In this document: positions 39,792 to 51,301 of the stretch, in pieces
Numbering within the stretch: position 1 is the first letter of the stretch
Layout of the letters: each line of letters opens with the position of its first letter
Assembly (NCBI RefSeq): GCF_905197185.1
Contig: NZ_CAJJXW010000001.1
Direction: 5' to 3' (one strand)
Length of the DNA: 64,000 nt
Source: an uncultured Megamonas sp.
GTDB taxonomy: Bacteria > Bacillota > Negativicutes > Selenomonadales > Selenomonadaceae
Notes under the pieces: model-generated
The model's input: only the letters and a program-made list of their open reading frames with translations
What the model was told of the DNA's origin: nothing
The model's database searches: none
Made by a program: the position numbers and the translations under genes

Positions 39792-40232
39792 TTAATCCAC
39801 TACAACACCTTTTTGTAGCATGATATTAGCGTAAAGAGCCTTTTCACTTGTAGCGATAATAGCATAAGCTGTTTTGGCTTCTTCGTAGAAAGCAAATCTT
39901 TCAATATTACCGATGGCATTTGCTCCACGTTCATCATGTTTAGCTACGATTTCTTTGTAAGTGTCCCAAATAGGTGTTTCTACTGTATCACCTGGCATTA
40001 CTTCCATGAGATTAACAGGTTTATCAACATAAATATCTAATGGAAAAACTTTTAAAATTGCATCTAATAATTCAGGTACACCATGTCCATCACATCTGAT
40101 TACTATTGCATTTTTTCCCATGGACTCTGCTGGGAAATTTCCATCAGCGATAACAATTCTATCGCTATGACCCATTTCACAAAGTACTTTTAATAATTCA
40201 GGTGATAATATTTTAGGAATATTTTTTAACAT
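39792..40232 (-). CDS. fucU: L-fucose mutarotase (RbsD/FucU family)
   Basis: 146 aa with the NIPKILSPELLKVLCEMGHSD RbsD/FucU signature. Confidence 0.82.
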   Translation of the reverse strand: MLKNIPKILSPELLKVLCEMGHSDRIVIADGNFPAESMGKNAIVIRCDGHGVPELLDAILKVFPLDIYVDKPVNLMEVMPGDTVETPIWDTYKEIVAKHDERGANAIGNIERFAFYEEAKTAYAIIATSEKALYANIMLQKGVVVD

Positions 40233-41701
40233 AACAAATTCTCCTTAACATTTTTATATATTTCGTCCCAATTTTCATCTTTTTGGGGTTCATAAACAGT
40301 AACATTTTCAGAATTAGCAACTATTCTGCGTGCTTCTTTAATATCTTTTATTTCACCTAATGCCATTAACTGCAACGCAATATTTCCCATTACTGTAGCT
40401 TCTACAGGGCCTGCCACTACTTTTCTACCACAAACGTTAGCTGTTAATTGACATAATAGTTTACTTTGGATACCGCCACCAATGATGTTTAATGTATCAT
40501 ATTTTTTGCCAGTAGCTATTTCAATCTGTTCTAAAGCAAATCTGTATTTAACAGCTAAGCTCTGATCAATACAGCGAACAATTTCTGCTTCATTTTGAGG
40601 AACATATTGACCTGTCCGTTTACAATATTCTTGAATTCGTTTTGGAATATTACCTGCTGAAACAAATTCTTCATTATCTGTATCAATAAAGGAATTTATC
40701 ATACCCACTTTACTAGCCATCTGTTCAAGTTCACCAAAACCATATTCTTTACCTTCTCTAATCCATTGACGACGACTTTCTTGAATGAGCCATAGTCCTA
40801 TAATATTTTTCAAGAAAGAAGTTTTATTATCTGCTCCGCCTTCATTAGTAATATTCAAACTTGCAGAAGTTTCATTAATTATTGGTGTTTTCAATTCTGT
40901 TCCTAATAAGGACCATGTACCACAAGATAAGAATATAAAATCATCTTCTTGAGTTGGCACTGCCACCATAGCTGATTGAGTATCATGTCCTGCTACAGCA
41001 ATTATATCTATTTCATTTATACCTAACTCTTCACTAATTTGTTTGCTCAACTTACCAATCTTCGTTCCTGGTTGAACAATTTTAGTGAATATATTTTTTG
41101 GTAAATCCAAATTTTCAATAATTTCTGAAGACCATTTTTTATTTTTTGCATCTAATAACTGAGTTGTAGAAGCTATTGTATATTCTGTACATTTCTCATT
41201 AGATAAGAAATAATTTAATAAATCCGGCATCAGTAATAAAGTATCAGCTTTTTCTAATAATTCTGGTTGATTTTCTTTTATAGCCATCAATTGAAAAAGA
41301 GTATTTAATTCCATGAACTGATTACCAGTAATGCTATAAATAGTATCTTTATCCAATTTAGCAAAAACTTTATCCATCATACCTTTTGTTCTAGCATCTC
41401 TATAATGAACAGGATTTTCTAAAAGTTTGCCATCTTTATTTAAAAGACCAAAATCAACGCCCCATGTATCTATACCTAGACTTTTTATTTCACCCTCTTG
41501 TTTTGCTTTTATTAAACCAGTTTTTATATCATGAAATAATCTTAATACGTCCCAATACATAGTATCTAATAATATTACAGGATCATTTGTAAAGCGATGT
41601 ATCTCTTTTAATGAAATTTTTTTGCCATCAAAAGTTCCTATAATAGCTCTACCACTAGATGCACCAAAGTCTAAAGCTAATACCTTAACGTCCTTTCCCA
41701 T
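40226..41701 (-). CDS. fucK: FGGY-family sugar kinase (L-fuculokinase/rhamnulokinase-like)
   Basis: LALDFGASSGR N-terminal FGGY motif. AGGAGTG RBS before the internal ATG at 41701. Sits in the operon with fucI and fucA. Confidence 0.78.
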   Translation of the reverse strand: MGKDVKVLALDFGASSGRAIIGTFDGKKISLKEIHRFTNDPVILLDTMYWDVLRLFHDIKTGLIKAKQEGEIKSLGIDTWGVDFGLLNKDGKLLENPVHYRDARTKGMMDKVFAKLDKDTIYSITGNQFMELNTLFQLMAIKENQPELLEKADTLLLMPDLLNYFLSNEKCTEYTIASTTQLLDAKNKKWSSEIIENLDLPKNIFTKIVQPGTKIGKLSKQISEELGINEIDIIAVAGHDTQSAMVAVPTQEDDFIFLSCGTWSLLGTELKTPIINETSASLNITNEGGADNKTSFLKNIIGLWLIQESRRQWIREGKEYGFGELEQMASKVGMINSFIDTDNEEFVSAGNIPKRIQEYCKRTGQYVPQNEAEIVRCIDQSLAVKYRFALEQIEIATGKKYDTLNIIGGGIQSKLLCQLTANVCGRKVVAGPVEATVMGNIALQLMALGEIKDIKEARRIVANSENVTVYEPQKDENWDEIYKNVKENLLC

Positions 41702-41947
41702 ATTCTCACTCCTCATTGTTAACTTTTAACCTTATTATATCAACACATAATTATTAAATCTTGTTATATTATCACTAAAAATAGAACTATATTCACATTT
41801 AATAAATAATTTGAAAATTTTATATAAAATCATAAAACAAAATAAACTGACAACAAAAATAAATTTAAAAATTTACTACCTATATCTTTAATTTTATTTT
41901 TCATAAAAAAATAGCCCAATAGTATATATTGGGCTATTCTATAAAAA

Positions 41948-42631
41948 TTAGTCTTCTTTATAATGTTTATAACCTGGGTGTCTGCCTTTTACGCCATAGT
42001 AGCTGCGTAAGTTGATGAGTTTATCAATATTTTCACGAGAAATTTCTTTTGGTCCACCTAAAAGATAAGCATTTAAGTTGATTTTAGCAAACAATTCTAA
42101 TGTTTCCATTTTATAATAAGCTTCCACCAAATTAGAACCAACAGTCAATGCACCGTGATTTTCTAATAATACAGCATCATGTTCTTGAATGTAAGGTGCA
42201 ATAGCTTCAGGTACCTCGTAAGTAGAAGGTGTTCCATAAGGGGTGATAGGAATAGAACCTAATGCTACTACTGTTTCAATCATATCATATCTATCTAAAG
42301 GTACATGAGCTACAGCAAAACCAGTAGCTGTTGGGGGATGTGCATGAAGCACTGCACCTACATCTTCACGATCAGCATAGCAACGCAAATGCATTTTGAT
42401 TTCAGAAGATGGTCTATAACCTTCATTTGCTTCTAAAATTTCACCTTGAACATTGATACGTACTAATTTTTCAGGAGTGATGAAACTTTTACTAATTCCT
42501 GTTGGTGTAGCAAGGAATGTGCCATCATCTAATTTTACAGTTATATTACCATCATTAGCAGCAACCCAACCTAATTGCCACATTTTATGACAAATATCGC
42601 ATATTTGATCTTTTATTTCTTCATAAGCCAT
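41948..42631 (-). CDS. fucA: L-fuculose-phosphate aldolase (class II aldolase)
   Basis: Class II aldolase/adducin fold motifs (HAHPP, GALTVG). GGAGGA RBS. Confidence 0.82.
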   Translation of the reverse strand: MAYEEIKDQICDICHKMWQLGWVAANDGNITVKLDDGTFLATPTGISKSFITPEKLVRINVQGEILEANEGYRPSSEIKMHLRCYADREDVGAVLHAHPPTATGFAVAHVPLDRYDMIETVVALGSIPITPYGTPSTYEVPEAIAPYIQEHDAVLLENHGALTVGSNLVEAYYKMETLELFAKINLNAYLLGGPKEISRENIDKLINLRSYYGVKGRHPGYKHYKED

Positions 42632-42668
42632 AAACAAGCTCCTCCAATTAATCTATATTATATTCTAA

Positions 42669-44462
42669 TTATTTATATAAAGGACCATAGTTTTTGCAAG
42701 CTCTATAGTCTTGACCTTCTTTATCCATACCGAAAGCATTCCAAGCAGCAGGACGGAAGATTTTATCTTCAGGAACGTTATGCATGCATACAGGAATTCT
42801 GAGCATAGAGCATAATGTAATGAGGTCTGCACCGATATGACCATAGCTGATAGCACCGTGATTTGCACCCCAGTTATTCATTACATCATAAGCAGATTTG
42901 AATGCACCTTCACCAGTTAAACGTGGAGCGAACCAAGTGCAAGGCCAAGTGTAGTCAGTACGTTTCCAGAGTTTATCAGATACTTCATCTGGTAATTTTA
43001 CAGTCCAACCTTCTGCAATCTGTAATACAGGGCCTAAGCCTTTTACAAGATTTAAACGAACCATAGTTACAGGCATTTCGCTATTTGTTAAGAAACGGGA
43101 GCTAAATCCGCCACCTCTGAAGTAACCATTATCAGCAGGGCACCATTCAGTTGCATCGAGGCAAGCTTTTTGATCTTTTTCAGTCATTTCCCAGAATGGT
43201 TTAATTACGCCATTACCATTTTCATCTTTTGCTTCACCACAAGCATCGATACAAGCAGCACCGGAGTTGATTAAGTGAATAAATCCTTTGGATTCTTTAG
43301 CAACGCCTTCTAATTCATAACCAGTAGCCTGTTTAACTGCTTCAAGGCTCCAGTATGTTCTAACGTCAGCGAAGATTTGTGCAGTATTTGTTAATAATTT
43401 ACCAAAGAGCATACCTACGCCATTTAATGTATCATTTTCTGTAGCAAGTACATATGGTTCTCTTGCACCATTCCAGTCAAAAGAAGAGTTCATCATTGCT
43501 TCTGGGAAGTCGCAGTTTGGATAAAAGTCTGTCCACTGTCTTTGACCTTGGAAACCACCAGCAATTGCATTGTGACCTAATTGTTCTTCTTCGCAACCTT
43601 CTGGTAAGTTTTTATTACCATTATAGAGGTCTTTAATGATACACATCATTTTTACAACAAATTCCCAAGCTTCTTCTTTTTCAGCGTCAGTTTTACGGCA
43701 GAAATCTGGGTTTTTGTCAAAGCCTTGTTTGCAGTTTTCTTTAGTCCATTTTAAAGCTTTTTCAAATTCTGCATGGTCATAAATGCCTTCTGTCATACGA
43801 CGGATAATTTCAACTTCATCTACAGATTCAACTCTCATGCCAAGATATTCTTCAAAAAATTCTGGGCTAATGATAGAACCTGCGATACCCATACAAATAG
43901 AACCAATCTGTAAGTAAGATTTACCTCTCATTGTAGCAACAGCTACAGCTGCACGACCAAATCTTAAAAGTTTTTCTTGAACATCTTCTGGAATTTCTGT
44001 AGCATCTGCATTTTGAACATCATGTCCATAAATACCGAAAGCTGGAAGACCTTTTTGTGCATGGCTTGCAAGTACAGAAGCAAGATATACAGCACCAGGA
44101 CGTTCAGTACCATTGAAGCCCCAAACACCTTTGATTGTTTTTGGATCCATATCCATTGTTTCAGAACCATAACACCAACAAGGAGTTACTGTTAAAGTAA
44201 TATCTACGCCTTCTTTTTTAAATTTTTCTGCACAAGCAGCACTTTCAGGTGCACGACCAATTGTTGTATCAGCAATAACTACTTTTACGGGTTCACCGTT
44301 AGAATATTTGAGGTTTTCTGTAAATAATTTAGCAGCAGCTTTTGCCATGCCCATAGTTTGTTCTTCTAAAGATTCTCTAACTTTTAAAACGCCTCTACGT
44401 CCATCAATTGTAGGGCGGATACCAATTACAGGATAATCTCCAATTAATCTATTTGTTGCCAT
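42669..44462 (-). CDS. fucI: L-fucose isomerase
   Basis: 597 aa with the [24 protein letters not shown]-terminus typical of FucI. AGGAGG RBS. Confidence 0.88.
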   Translation of the reverse strand: MATNRLIGDYPVIGIRPTIDGRRGVLKVRESLEEQTMGMAKAAAKLFTENLKYSNGEPVKVVIADTTIGRAPESAACAEKFKKEGVDITLTVTPCWCYGSETMDMDPKTIKGVWGFNGTERPGAVYLASVLASHAQKGLPAFGIYGHDVQNADATEIPEDVQEKLLRFGRAAVAVATMRGKSYLQIGSICMGIAGSIISPEFFEEYLGMRVESVDEVEIIRRMTEGIYDHAEFEKALKWTKENCKQGFDKNPDFCRKTDAEKEEAWEFVVKMMCIIKDLYNGNKNLPEGCEEEQLGHNAIAGGFQGQRQWTDFYPNCDFPEAMMNSSFDWNGAREPYVLATENDTLNGVGMLFGKLLTNTAQIFADVRTYWSLEAVKQATGYELEGVAKESKGFIHLINSGAACIDACGEAKDENGNGVIKPFWEMTEKDQKACLDATEWCPADNGYFRGGGFSSRFLTNSEMPVTMVRLNLVKGLGPVLQIAEGWTVKLPDEVSDKLWKRTDYTWPCTWFAPRLTGEGAFKSAYDVMNNWGANHGAISYGHIGADLITLCSMLRIPVCMHNVPEDKIFRPAAWNAFGMDKEGQDYRACKNYGPLYK

Positions 44463-44675
44463 TATAAAATTCCTCCTAAGAAATCTTTTTGTATATATCT
44501 TTTTGTTTGTTGTTCACTTGATGATTAAATTATAGCAATTAAATATTAATAATACTTGTTATATTATCACTAAAAATATAACAATATTCACTTTTTAAAA
44601 ATTGTATGAAACTTTACATTTTTAGAAATATAAGTATAATAATAATATAAAATTTTATTTATTAGGAGAACAATT

Positions 44676-45554
44676 ATGAAACGCGATAGTTATAATGAAC
44701 AAAGAGAACGCGGTAATTTTTCATTTCCTGTAGAATATCATTATGTAACTAATCATCATCCACGCTACAATATGCCATATCATTGGCATATTCAATATGA
44801 AATAATTCGCGTATTAGAAGGTAAAATTGTAATTTCTATAGACGAAAATGAATATACGGCTAGTGCAGGAGATATAATTTTCATCACAGATGGTTGCGTT
44901 CATGGTGGAAAAGCTTTTTTAGAAAATACTATATATGAATGTATGGTTTTTGATAAAAAATTATTTGAAACGAATATAGGTGATCAAAATATTCTTCAAA
45001 ACTTCTTTGATCATCATCTTATTGTAAATAATTATTTTGATAATAAATATCCTGATATACATCAAGCTATATGGACTATATTTGATGCTTTAAAAAACAA
45101 GCTATTTGGTTATGAATACATTGTATTAGGTGGTTTATTTAATTTTTTAGGATTAATTTTAAAATACAAATTATATACTAAATCCTTTACAAATTTTATA
45201 AGTAGTAACCAAAAAAATATTCATAAATTAAAAAAAGCATTTCATTTAATTGCAACTTCTTATAATCAACCGCTTACTTTGGAAGATTTAGCCAATACTT
45301 CTGGTTTATCACCAAAATATTTCTGTCGATTTTTTCAAAGTATGACGAACAAAACACCTATAGCTTACTTAAATTATTATCGAATTGAATGTGCTTGCAC
45401 TAAATTAGTTAATGAAAGGGATTTATCAATCACAGATATAGCATATAGCTGTGGTTTTAATGATTTATCTTACTTTATAAAAACATTTCGTAAATATAAA
45501 AATACTACTCCCAATAAATATATGAAATCTTATTTTGAAATGACAAAAAAATAA
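44676..45554 (+). CDS. AraC-family transcriptional regulator (probable fuc operon regulator)
   Basis: N-terminal cupin and C-terminal AraC HTH (TDIAYSCGFNDLSYFIKTFRK). Divergent from fucI. Confidence 0.8.
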   Translation: MKRDSYNEQRERGNFSFPVEYHYVTNHHPRYNMPYHWHIQYEIIRVLEGKIVISIDENEYTASAGDIIFITDGCVHGGKAFLENTIYECMVFDKKLFETNIGDQNILQNFFDHHLIVNNYFDNKYPDIHQAIWTIFDALKNKLFGYEYIVLGGLFNFLGLILKYKLYTKSFTNFISSNQKNIHKLKKAFHLIATSYNQPLTLEDLANTSGLSPKYFCRFFQSMTNKTPIAYLNYYRIECACTKLVNERDLSITDIAYSCGFNDLSYFIKTFRKYKNTTPNKYMKSYFEMTKK

Positions 45555-45555
45555 C

Positions 45556-45606
45556 AAAAAGGCTCTTATTAACCTCATATTTAAAGTTAATAAGAGCCTT
45601 TTTAAT
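45556..45606. terminator. bidirectional terminator between the AraC gene and hfq
   Basis: aaaaaggctcttattaac...gttaataagagccttttt. Confidence 0.8.
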
Positions 45607-45617
45607 TAATAAAATTA

Positions 45618-45881
45618 TTATTGTTGTTCACTAGGAGTTTCTGTTTTTTTATTATCTTGAAAAGAATTTTTCAATGGTTGTAAAGGGCTAATAGTAGAAA
45701 TAGCATGTTTATATACCATCATCTGTTTTCCAGCAGAATCTAAGATAACTGTAAAATTATCAAAACCTTTTACATTTCCACGTAATTGGAAGCCATTTGT
45801 TAAATGGATAATAACTCCTACATTTTCTTTTCTCACTTGATTTAAAAATACATCTTGTAAATTTATTGTTTTATTTGGCAT
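45618..45881 (-). CDS. hfq: RNA chaperone Hfq
   Basis: Sm1/Sm2 motifs ([11 protein letters not shown]...[13 protein letters not shown]...YKHAIST). Downstream of miaA. Confidence 0.9.
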   Translation of the reverse strand: MPNKTINLQDVFLNQVRKENVGVIIHLTNGFQLRGNVKGFDNFTVILDSAGKQMMVYKHAISTISPLQPLKNSFQDNKKTETPSEQQ

Positions 45882-45977
45882 CTTAAGAGTCCTCCAATTA
45901 AAATATACTTCGTTTACTCAACTAAATTAGTTATTTATAATAATTTTATTATCATAATAACAAAATTATATGTCAAT

Positions 45978-46928
45978 TCATACAGTCTCCATATTAAAAT
46001 GTATTAAACAATCTTTTAATACTTTAGACAATAAATCATCTTCATCTAATTGTTCAACATCATACCAAGAAATATATGGCATTTTCTTATACCATGTAAA
46101 TTGACGCTTTGCAAAATGACGAGTAGCTTTCTTCATTTCATAAACAGCAGTATTTAGATCGATATTACCATTTAAATAATTAGCTATTTCTCGATAACCA
46201 ATACCTTTCATTGATTGCCAGTCTATCTCAGCTCCATTTTGCAACAATGATTTTACTTCATCTATAAAGCCATTATCCATCATAATATCTACACGTTGAT
46301 TAATTCTATCATATAAATTTTGACGACTGCGTTTTAAGCCTACAATATACGCATCATAAACCAATTCCCCTGTTAATTCATAGTGATTTTTTTGCGATAT
46401 TTGTTCTTTACCTAAATGATAGACTTCTAAAGCACGAATAATACGATTAAAATTATTGATATGCAATCTTTGAGCTGTTTGAGGATCTACCTCTTGCAAC
46501 ATTTTATAAACATATTCTCTTCCATGCTCATCTGCCAATTGCTCTAAATGATGTCTATATTCAACGTCACCAGAAGTTTCATTAAAAATATAACCTTCAA
46601 GTAAAGACTTTACATATAATCCTGTACCGCCAGCTAAAATAGGAATTTTCCCTTCATCATTTATCTGTTTGATCAAAGGTTTTACTTTATCATGAAAATC
46701 ACTTACATTGAAATTTTCCCATGGTTCTAAAATATCAATAATATGATGTTTTACACCATTCATTTCCTCAATTGTCGGCTTTGCAGTACCTATATCAAAA
46801 CCCTTATATACTAGCATACTATCGCCAGAGATTATTTCTGTGGATAACTTTTGAGCTAAATCTATGCTAAGCTTTGTTTTTCCTACAGCAGTTGGCCCTA
46901 GAATAACGATTAATTTTGATTTCTCCAT
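45978..46928 (-). CDS. miaA: tRNA dimethylallyltransferase MiaA
   Basis: P-loop ILGPTAVGKT and MiaA-type DSMLVYKGFDIGTAKP. Confidence 0.9.
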   Translation of the reverse strand: MEKSKLIVILGPTAVGKTKLSIDLAQKLSTEIISGDSMLVYKGFDIGTAKPTIEEMNGVKHHIIDILEPWENFNVSDFHDKVKPLIKQINDEGKIPILAGGTGLYVKSLLEGYIFNETSGDVEYRHHLEQLADEHGREYVYKMLQEVDPQTAQRLHINNFNRIIRALEVYHLGKEQISQKNHYELTGELVYDAYIVGLKRSRQNLYDRINQRVDIMMDNGFIDEVKSLLQNGAEIDWQSMKGIGYREIANYLNGNIDLNTAVYEMKKATRHFAKRQFTWYKKMPYISWYDVEQLDEDDLLSKVLKDCLIHFNMETV

Positions 46929-46929
46929 C

Positions 46930-47607
46930 TTATTTTACTAAATCCAAAGATGAACCAACTGGTACTATATCTACAGTACAATGTGAAATACTTTCTGTAT
47001 AAGATTTAAATGCTTCAGGATTTTCAGCAATAACAGGCCAAGTATTATAGTGAACAGGAATTGCATGTTTTGCTTTTAATAATTGAGCTGCTTTTGCTGC
47101 GTCTTGAGCATCCATTGTATAATTACTGCCAATTGGTAAAATAGCATAATCAATCTGTTGTTTTTCACCAATAAGCGCCATATCACTGAATAAAGCAGTA
47201 TCTCCAGCAAAATATACTACAGTATTATCATTAAATTTAATTACAAAACCACAAGGTGTTCCCCCAGCAACACCTGCACTATGCAAAGCTAATACTGCTG
47301 TTACTACACCAAATGGGAATTTAAATGAACCACCTAAATTCATACCATGAACATTAGTATAGTCTTCTGGCAATTTAGTCAAAACTTCCGGTGTAGAGAT
47401 AACTTTAGCTCCAGTTCTTTGAGCAATCTGTGTAGCATCACCATAATGATCGCCATGAGCATGAGTTAACAAAATATAATCACATTCTACTTCATCAGCA
47501 GAAATACTTGCTAATGGATTTCCTGTTAAAAATGGATCGAATAATAATTTTTCATTTTCTGTTTCTAATAAAAAACAAGCATGTCCATAATATTTAAATT
47601 TAATCAT
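46930..47607 (-). CDS. MBL-fold metallo-hydrolase
   Basis: HAHGDH metallo-beta-lactamase motif. Confidence 0.8.
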   Translation of the reverse strand: MIKFKYYGHACFLLETENEKLLFDPFLTGNPLASISADEVECDYILLTHAHGDHYGDATQIAQRTGAKVISTPEVLTKLPEDYTNVHGMNLGGSFKFPFGVVTAVLALHSAGVAGGTPCGFVIKFNDNTVVYFAGDTALFSDMALIGEKQQIDYAILPIGSNYTMDAQDAAKAAQLLKAKHAIPVHYNTWPVIAENPEAFKSYTESISHCTVDIVPVGSSLDLVK

Positions 47608-47631
47608 TTAAATCACCTTCTATAATTTATT

Positions 47632-49335
47632 TTAAAAGAAAATTAATGCTTCTTTTCTTTTTTTAGCATTAGCCAACATTTCTTGAGCATTATCAAGAGA
47701 AGCTTGTGTAAAGTTTATACCAGATGACATTCTTGCAATTTCAGCTATTTTAGCATCATAGTCAAGTTCATCAATAATAGTAAAAGTTTTATTATCTTTT
47801 GTTTCTTTTTTTATATAAAAATGAGCATCTGCCATAGCTGCAATCTGCGGTAAATGAGTTATACAAATTACTTGTCTATATAATGATATGCGAGCTATTT
47901 TTTCAGCCATCATTTGAGCGGTTTTACCGCCAACACCTGTATCCACTTCATCAAATACCATTAAATCAATATCGTCTTTTTGAGCTGTAATTGTCTTCAA
48001 TGCTAAAGCAATACGTGATAATTCACCGCCAGAAACTATTTTCTGCAATGATTTTAAGTCTTCACCCAAATTAGCTGAAAATAATATTTCTACTTCATCG
48101 GCACCATTTTCAGTAAAATTATCATTCATATTTAAATTTATTACTAATTTAGCATCAGCCATAGATAACGATGTCAATTCATTCATAATAGCACACTCTA
48201 ATGCTTTTGCACTTTCATAACGTATTTCATGCAGAGCTACAGCCTCTTGATGTACTTTTTCGCTTAATAAAGATAATTCTTGTTCCAATTTTGCGATATT
48301 ATCGTCATAATTTTCGATATAAGTTAATTCATCCTTAGCTTTAGTCAGATAATTTAATATATCTTCAATAGTATCGCCATATTTTTTTCGCAATTTATCA
48401 ATATCATTCATACGAGATTGCATCATATCTAATTTTTGAGGACTGTAATCTATACTTTCACCATAATTACGAATTTCATCAGCACTATCTTGTATTTGGA
48501 AATAAGCTTCATCCAATATTTGATGAACTTTAGCCATATTTTCATCATATTGAGATAGATTTTCTAAATCTTTACGAACTTGACTCAATGAACTCAATAC
48601 GGAAAATTTACCATTTTCACCTTCATAAAGTAAATTATACGCATCTTGCGTTAATAATGATATCTTTTCTGCATTAGCTAAGATCTTTATTTCAGACTCT
48701 AATTTTTCATCTTCACCTAAAGTCAATTTAGCATTTTCAATTTCATTGATTTGCCATTTTAACATATCTAATCGTTGAGCCATCTCTTGTGTATTTATTT
48801 TATTATCAGCTAATTTTTGTTTTAATTGTAACCATTGATAATATTCTTTTAAATACTTTTGCTTTTGTTCTAAAATTTTATTATCGCCATAAGTATCAAT
48901 AAGCGATAACTGTTTTAAAGGCTTTAATAATGCTTGATTAGCATGTTGACCATGTATATCTACAAGCAATTCGCCTAACTGACGTAATATAGCCATTGTC
49001 GTATGACAATTATTGATTTGTACACTATTTTTACCGTTTGTATTTATCTGTCTTGTTATAATTAAAATATCATCTTCAACTAAAATATTATATTCTGTCA
49101 AAAAATTTTTAACTACATCATTATCTAAAGTAAAAACAGCTTCTACTCGCATGTATTCACAATTACTACGAATAACATCAATATTTGTACGTCGTCCAAT
49201 GACCATACCTAAAGCACCTAGTAAAATAGATTTACCAGCACCTGTTTCACCAGTAAGAATATTAAGACCTTTATTAAAATCTATTTGTACATGCTCAATT
49301 AGGGCAAAATTCCAAATTGATAGTGTCTTTAACAT
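47632..49335 (-). CDS. recN: DNA repair protein RecN
   Basis: 567 aa SMC-like with Walker A GETGAGKS, a central coiled coil and a C-terminal signature. Confidence 0.9.
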   Translation of the reverse strand: MLKTLSIWNFALIEHVQIDFNKGLNILTGETGAGKSILLGALGMVIGRRTNIDVIRSNCEYMRVEAVFTLDNDVVKNFLTEYNILVEDDILIITRQINTNGKNSVQINNCHTTMAILRQLGELLVDIHGQHANQALLKPLKQLSLIDTYGDNKILEQKQKYLKEYYQWLQLKQKLADNKINTQEMAQRLDMLKWQINEIENAKLTLGEDEKLESEIKILANAEKISLLTQDAYNLLYEGENGKFSVLSSLSQVRKDLENLSQYDENMAKVHQILDEAYFQIQDSADEIRNYGESIDYSPQKLDMMQSRMNDIDKLRKKYGDTIEDILNYLTKAKDELTYIENYDDNIAKLEQELSLLSEKVHQEAVALHEIRYESAKALECAIMNELTSLSMADAKLVINLNMNDNFTENGADEVEILFSANLGEDLKSLQKIVSGGELSRIALALKTITAQKDDIDLMVFDEVDTGVGGKTAQMMAEKIARISLYRQVICITHLPQIAAMADAHFYIKKETKDNKTFTIIDELDYDAKIAEIARMSSGINFTQASLDNAQEMLANAKKRKEALIFF

Positions 49336-49349
49336 GAATATCCTCCAAA

Positions 49350-49802
49350 TTAATTAAGCATATCCTGTAATCTTTTCATTATATCTTCCACAGCAGATAT
49401 AGGTTTTACTACTATAAAAATATTATCATCACCAGCTACTGTACCTATAATTTCAGGCCATTTAGCATAATCTAAAGTAGAAGCCACTGCATTAGCTGCA
49501 CCTGGAAGTGTTTTTACCACAATGATATTTTCACTGAAGTTTAAACCAACTACAGAATCTCTAAATAAATTTAATAAACGATTTTTGGAATACATCAATT
49601 CCTTATCTGTTGGATAAGCATATCGATATCTTCCATCACCTGTTGGAACTTTTATTAGCATTAATTCTTTGATATCACGAGAAACAGTAGCCTGTGTTAC
49701 CACTATATGCTGTTCTCGCAAAGCATTAGCTAACTCTTCTTGTGTTTCAATAACGGAATGTTCAATAATCTCCTTAATTCTTGCATGTCGTGTAGCTTTC
49801 AT
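49350..49802 (-). CDS. argR: arginine repressor ArgR/AhrC
   Basis: 150 aa with an N-terminal winged HTH and a C-terminal oligomerisation domain (GTVAGDDNIFIV). Confidence 0.88.
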   Translation of the reverse strand: MKATRHARIKEIIEHSVIETQEELANALREQHIVVTQATVSRDIKELMLIKVPTGDGRYRYAYPTDKELMYSKNRLLNLFRDSVVGLNFSENIIVVKTLPGAANAVASTLDYAKWPEIIGTVAGDDNIFIVVKPISAVEDIMKRLQDMLN

Positions 49803-50389
49803 GCATATTCACCAACTTTCTCAATCCAACATAATGCTGGAGCATTTAAATTATGATTTATCATTTTATACCAACCTACTGTAAAAGCTTTTTTAGGCAA
49901 GTCTTTTACAAATAGTTTTATAGCCTGATATTCCTTTAAACCTTCTTCATGACCTGGATACATAACAATTGCAATATAGCCATTTATATTTAAAACATTT
50001 AATATTTTATCTATGGTCTTTAATGTTATATCATTTTTAGTCGTAAATTCGTGATCTCCACCTGGTAAATATCCCAGATTGAAAATAGCTACATCTATTT
50101 TTGCCTGTATATAATTATTAATATTTTCATGAGAATCATGTATGAATTTTATATTTTCTAAAGGTAAATTTATATTATTTTTATTTTCAATTAATAATTT
50201 TTTAGTATTCAATATTGCTTGTTCTTGTATATCAAAAGCATATAATTTAGCTTTTGATTTTGCATTTTGAGCTAAGAATAATGTATCATTGCCATTGCCA
50301 GCTGTAGCATCAATTATTATATTAGCTTCAACTAATCTATCTTTTAATAGGCAATGTGCTAATTGTATCGAATTACTAAGCTTTTGCAT
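49799..50389 (-). CDS. class I SAM-dependent methyltransferase (putative rRNA methylase, YtqB-like)
   Basis: DATAGNGNDT motif I-like sequence. 196 aa. Confidence 0.65.
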   Translation of the reverse strand: MQKLSNSIQLAHCLLKDRLVEANIIIDATAGNGNDTLFLAQNAKSKAKLYAFDIQEQAILNTKKLLIENKNNINLPLENIKFIHDSHENINNYIQAKIDVAIFNLGYLPGGDHEFTTKNDITLKTIDKILNVLNINGYIAIVMYPGHEEGLKEYQAIKLFVKDLPKKAFTVGWYKMINHNLNAPALCWIEKVGEYA

Positions 50390-50432
50390 CGAAAATTCCT
50401 CTTTTATATTATTTTAAAATAAAAATTTAAAT

Positions 50433-51287
50433 TTATAGACATAATTTATTCATAAATGTCTGATAAAAATTTTTATCTTCAAATCTAACTATTTGTGCTG
50501 GAAATTTGGCTTTTTCAATGATAATTTCATCATCAGGCTCAATATCGACACTTTCTTGACCATCCAATGTCAGATTTACACTTCTCTTTGTCATACTAAT
50601 AATATTAATAATATTCAATGTTACTTTTTCACTTTCATCGATTACCATAGGACGAATAAAACAAGAATGAGGACATATTGGCGTTAAAATTATACCTTTT
50701 ACTTTTGGATTTACAATTGGGCCACCTGCTGATAAAGAATATGCAGTAGAACCAGTAGGTGTAGATATTATCAATCCATCAGCTTTATAATTCGTCACCA
50801 TATAATCATTGATGGCCACACCAAAATGTAACATACGGGATACGCCACATTTACTCACAACGACATCATTTACTGCACTGCCTATATAATTTAACTTATC
50901 TTGTCGTTTTATATAAGCAGATAACATTAATCGTTCTTCTATTTTGTATTGTCTATTGATTATTTTTGTTAATTTAGCTTCAATTTCGCCTGGTTCAATA
51001 TCTGCTAAAAATCCTAAATGACCAATATTTATACCACAAACGGGTGTACCATTTTTAGCTAAAGTTCTACAAAGACCTAATAATGTACCATCTCCGCCAA
51101 TACTGATAGCCATATCAATGTATTCGTTTTCCAAGTTTTGACTAATCAATTCTTCATGATAGAAAAATTTACCTTCTTTTGGTGGTAATAATAGTTCAAT
51201 ATTATACTGATTAGCAAATTTTATTATTCTCTCTAAAATTTCGCCAGCTCCAGATTTAGTTACATTAGGATAAATAGCTATTTTCAT
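50433..51287 (-). CDS. nadK: NAD(+) kinase
   Basis: GGDGT motif and an NADK C-terminal domain. Confidence 0.88.
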   Translation of the reverse strand: MKIAIYPNVTKSGAGEILERIIKFANQYNIELLLPPKEGKFFYHEELISQNLENEYIDMAISIGGDGTLLGLCRTLAKNGTPVCGINIGHLGFLADIEPGEIEAKLTKIINRQYKIEERLMLSAYIKRQDKLNYIGSAVNDVVVSKCGVSRMLHFGVAINDYMVTNYKADGLIISTPTGSTAYSLSAGGPIVNPKVKGIILTPICPHSCFIRPMVIDESEKVTLNIINIISMTKRSVNLTLDGQESVDIEPDDEIIIEKAKFPAQIVRFEDKNFYQTFMNKLCL

Positions 51288-51301
51288 GAAATATTATCCT
51301 C

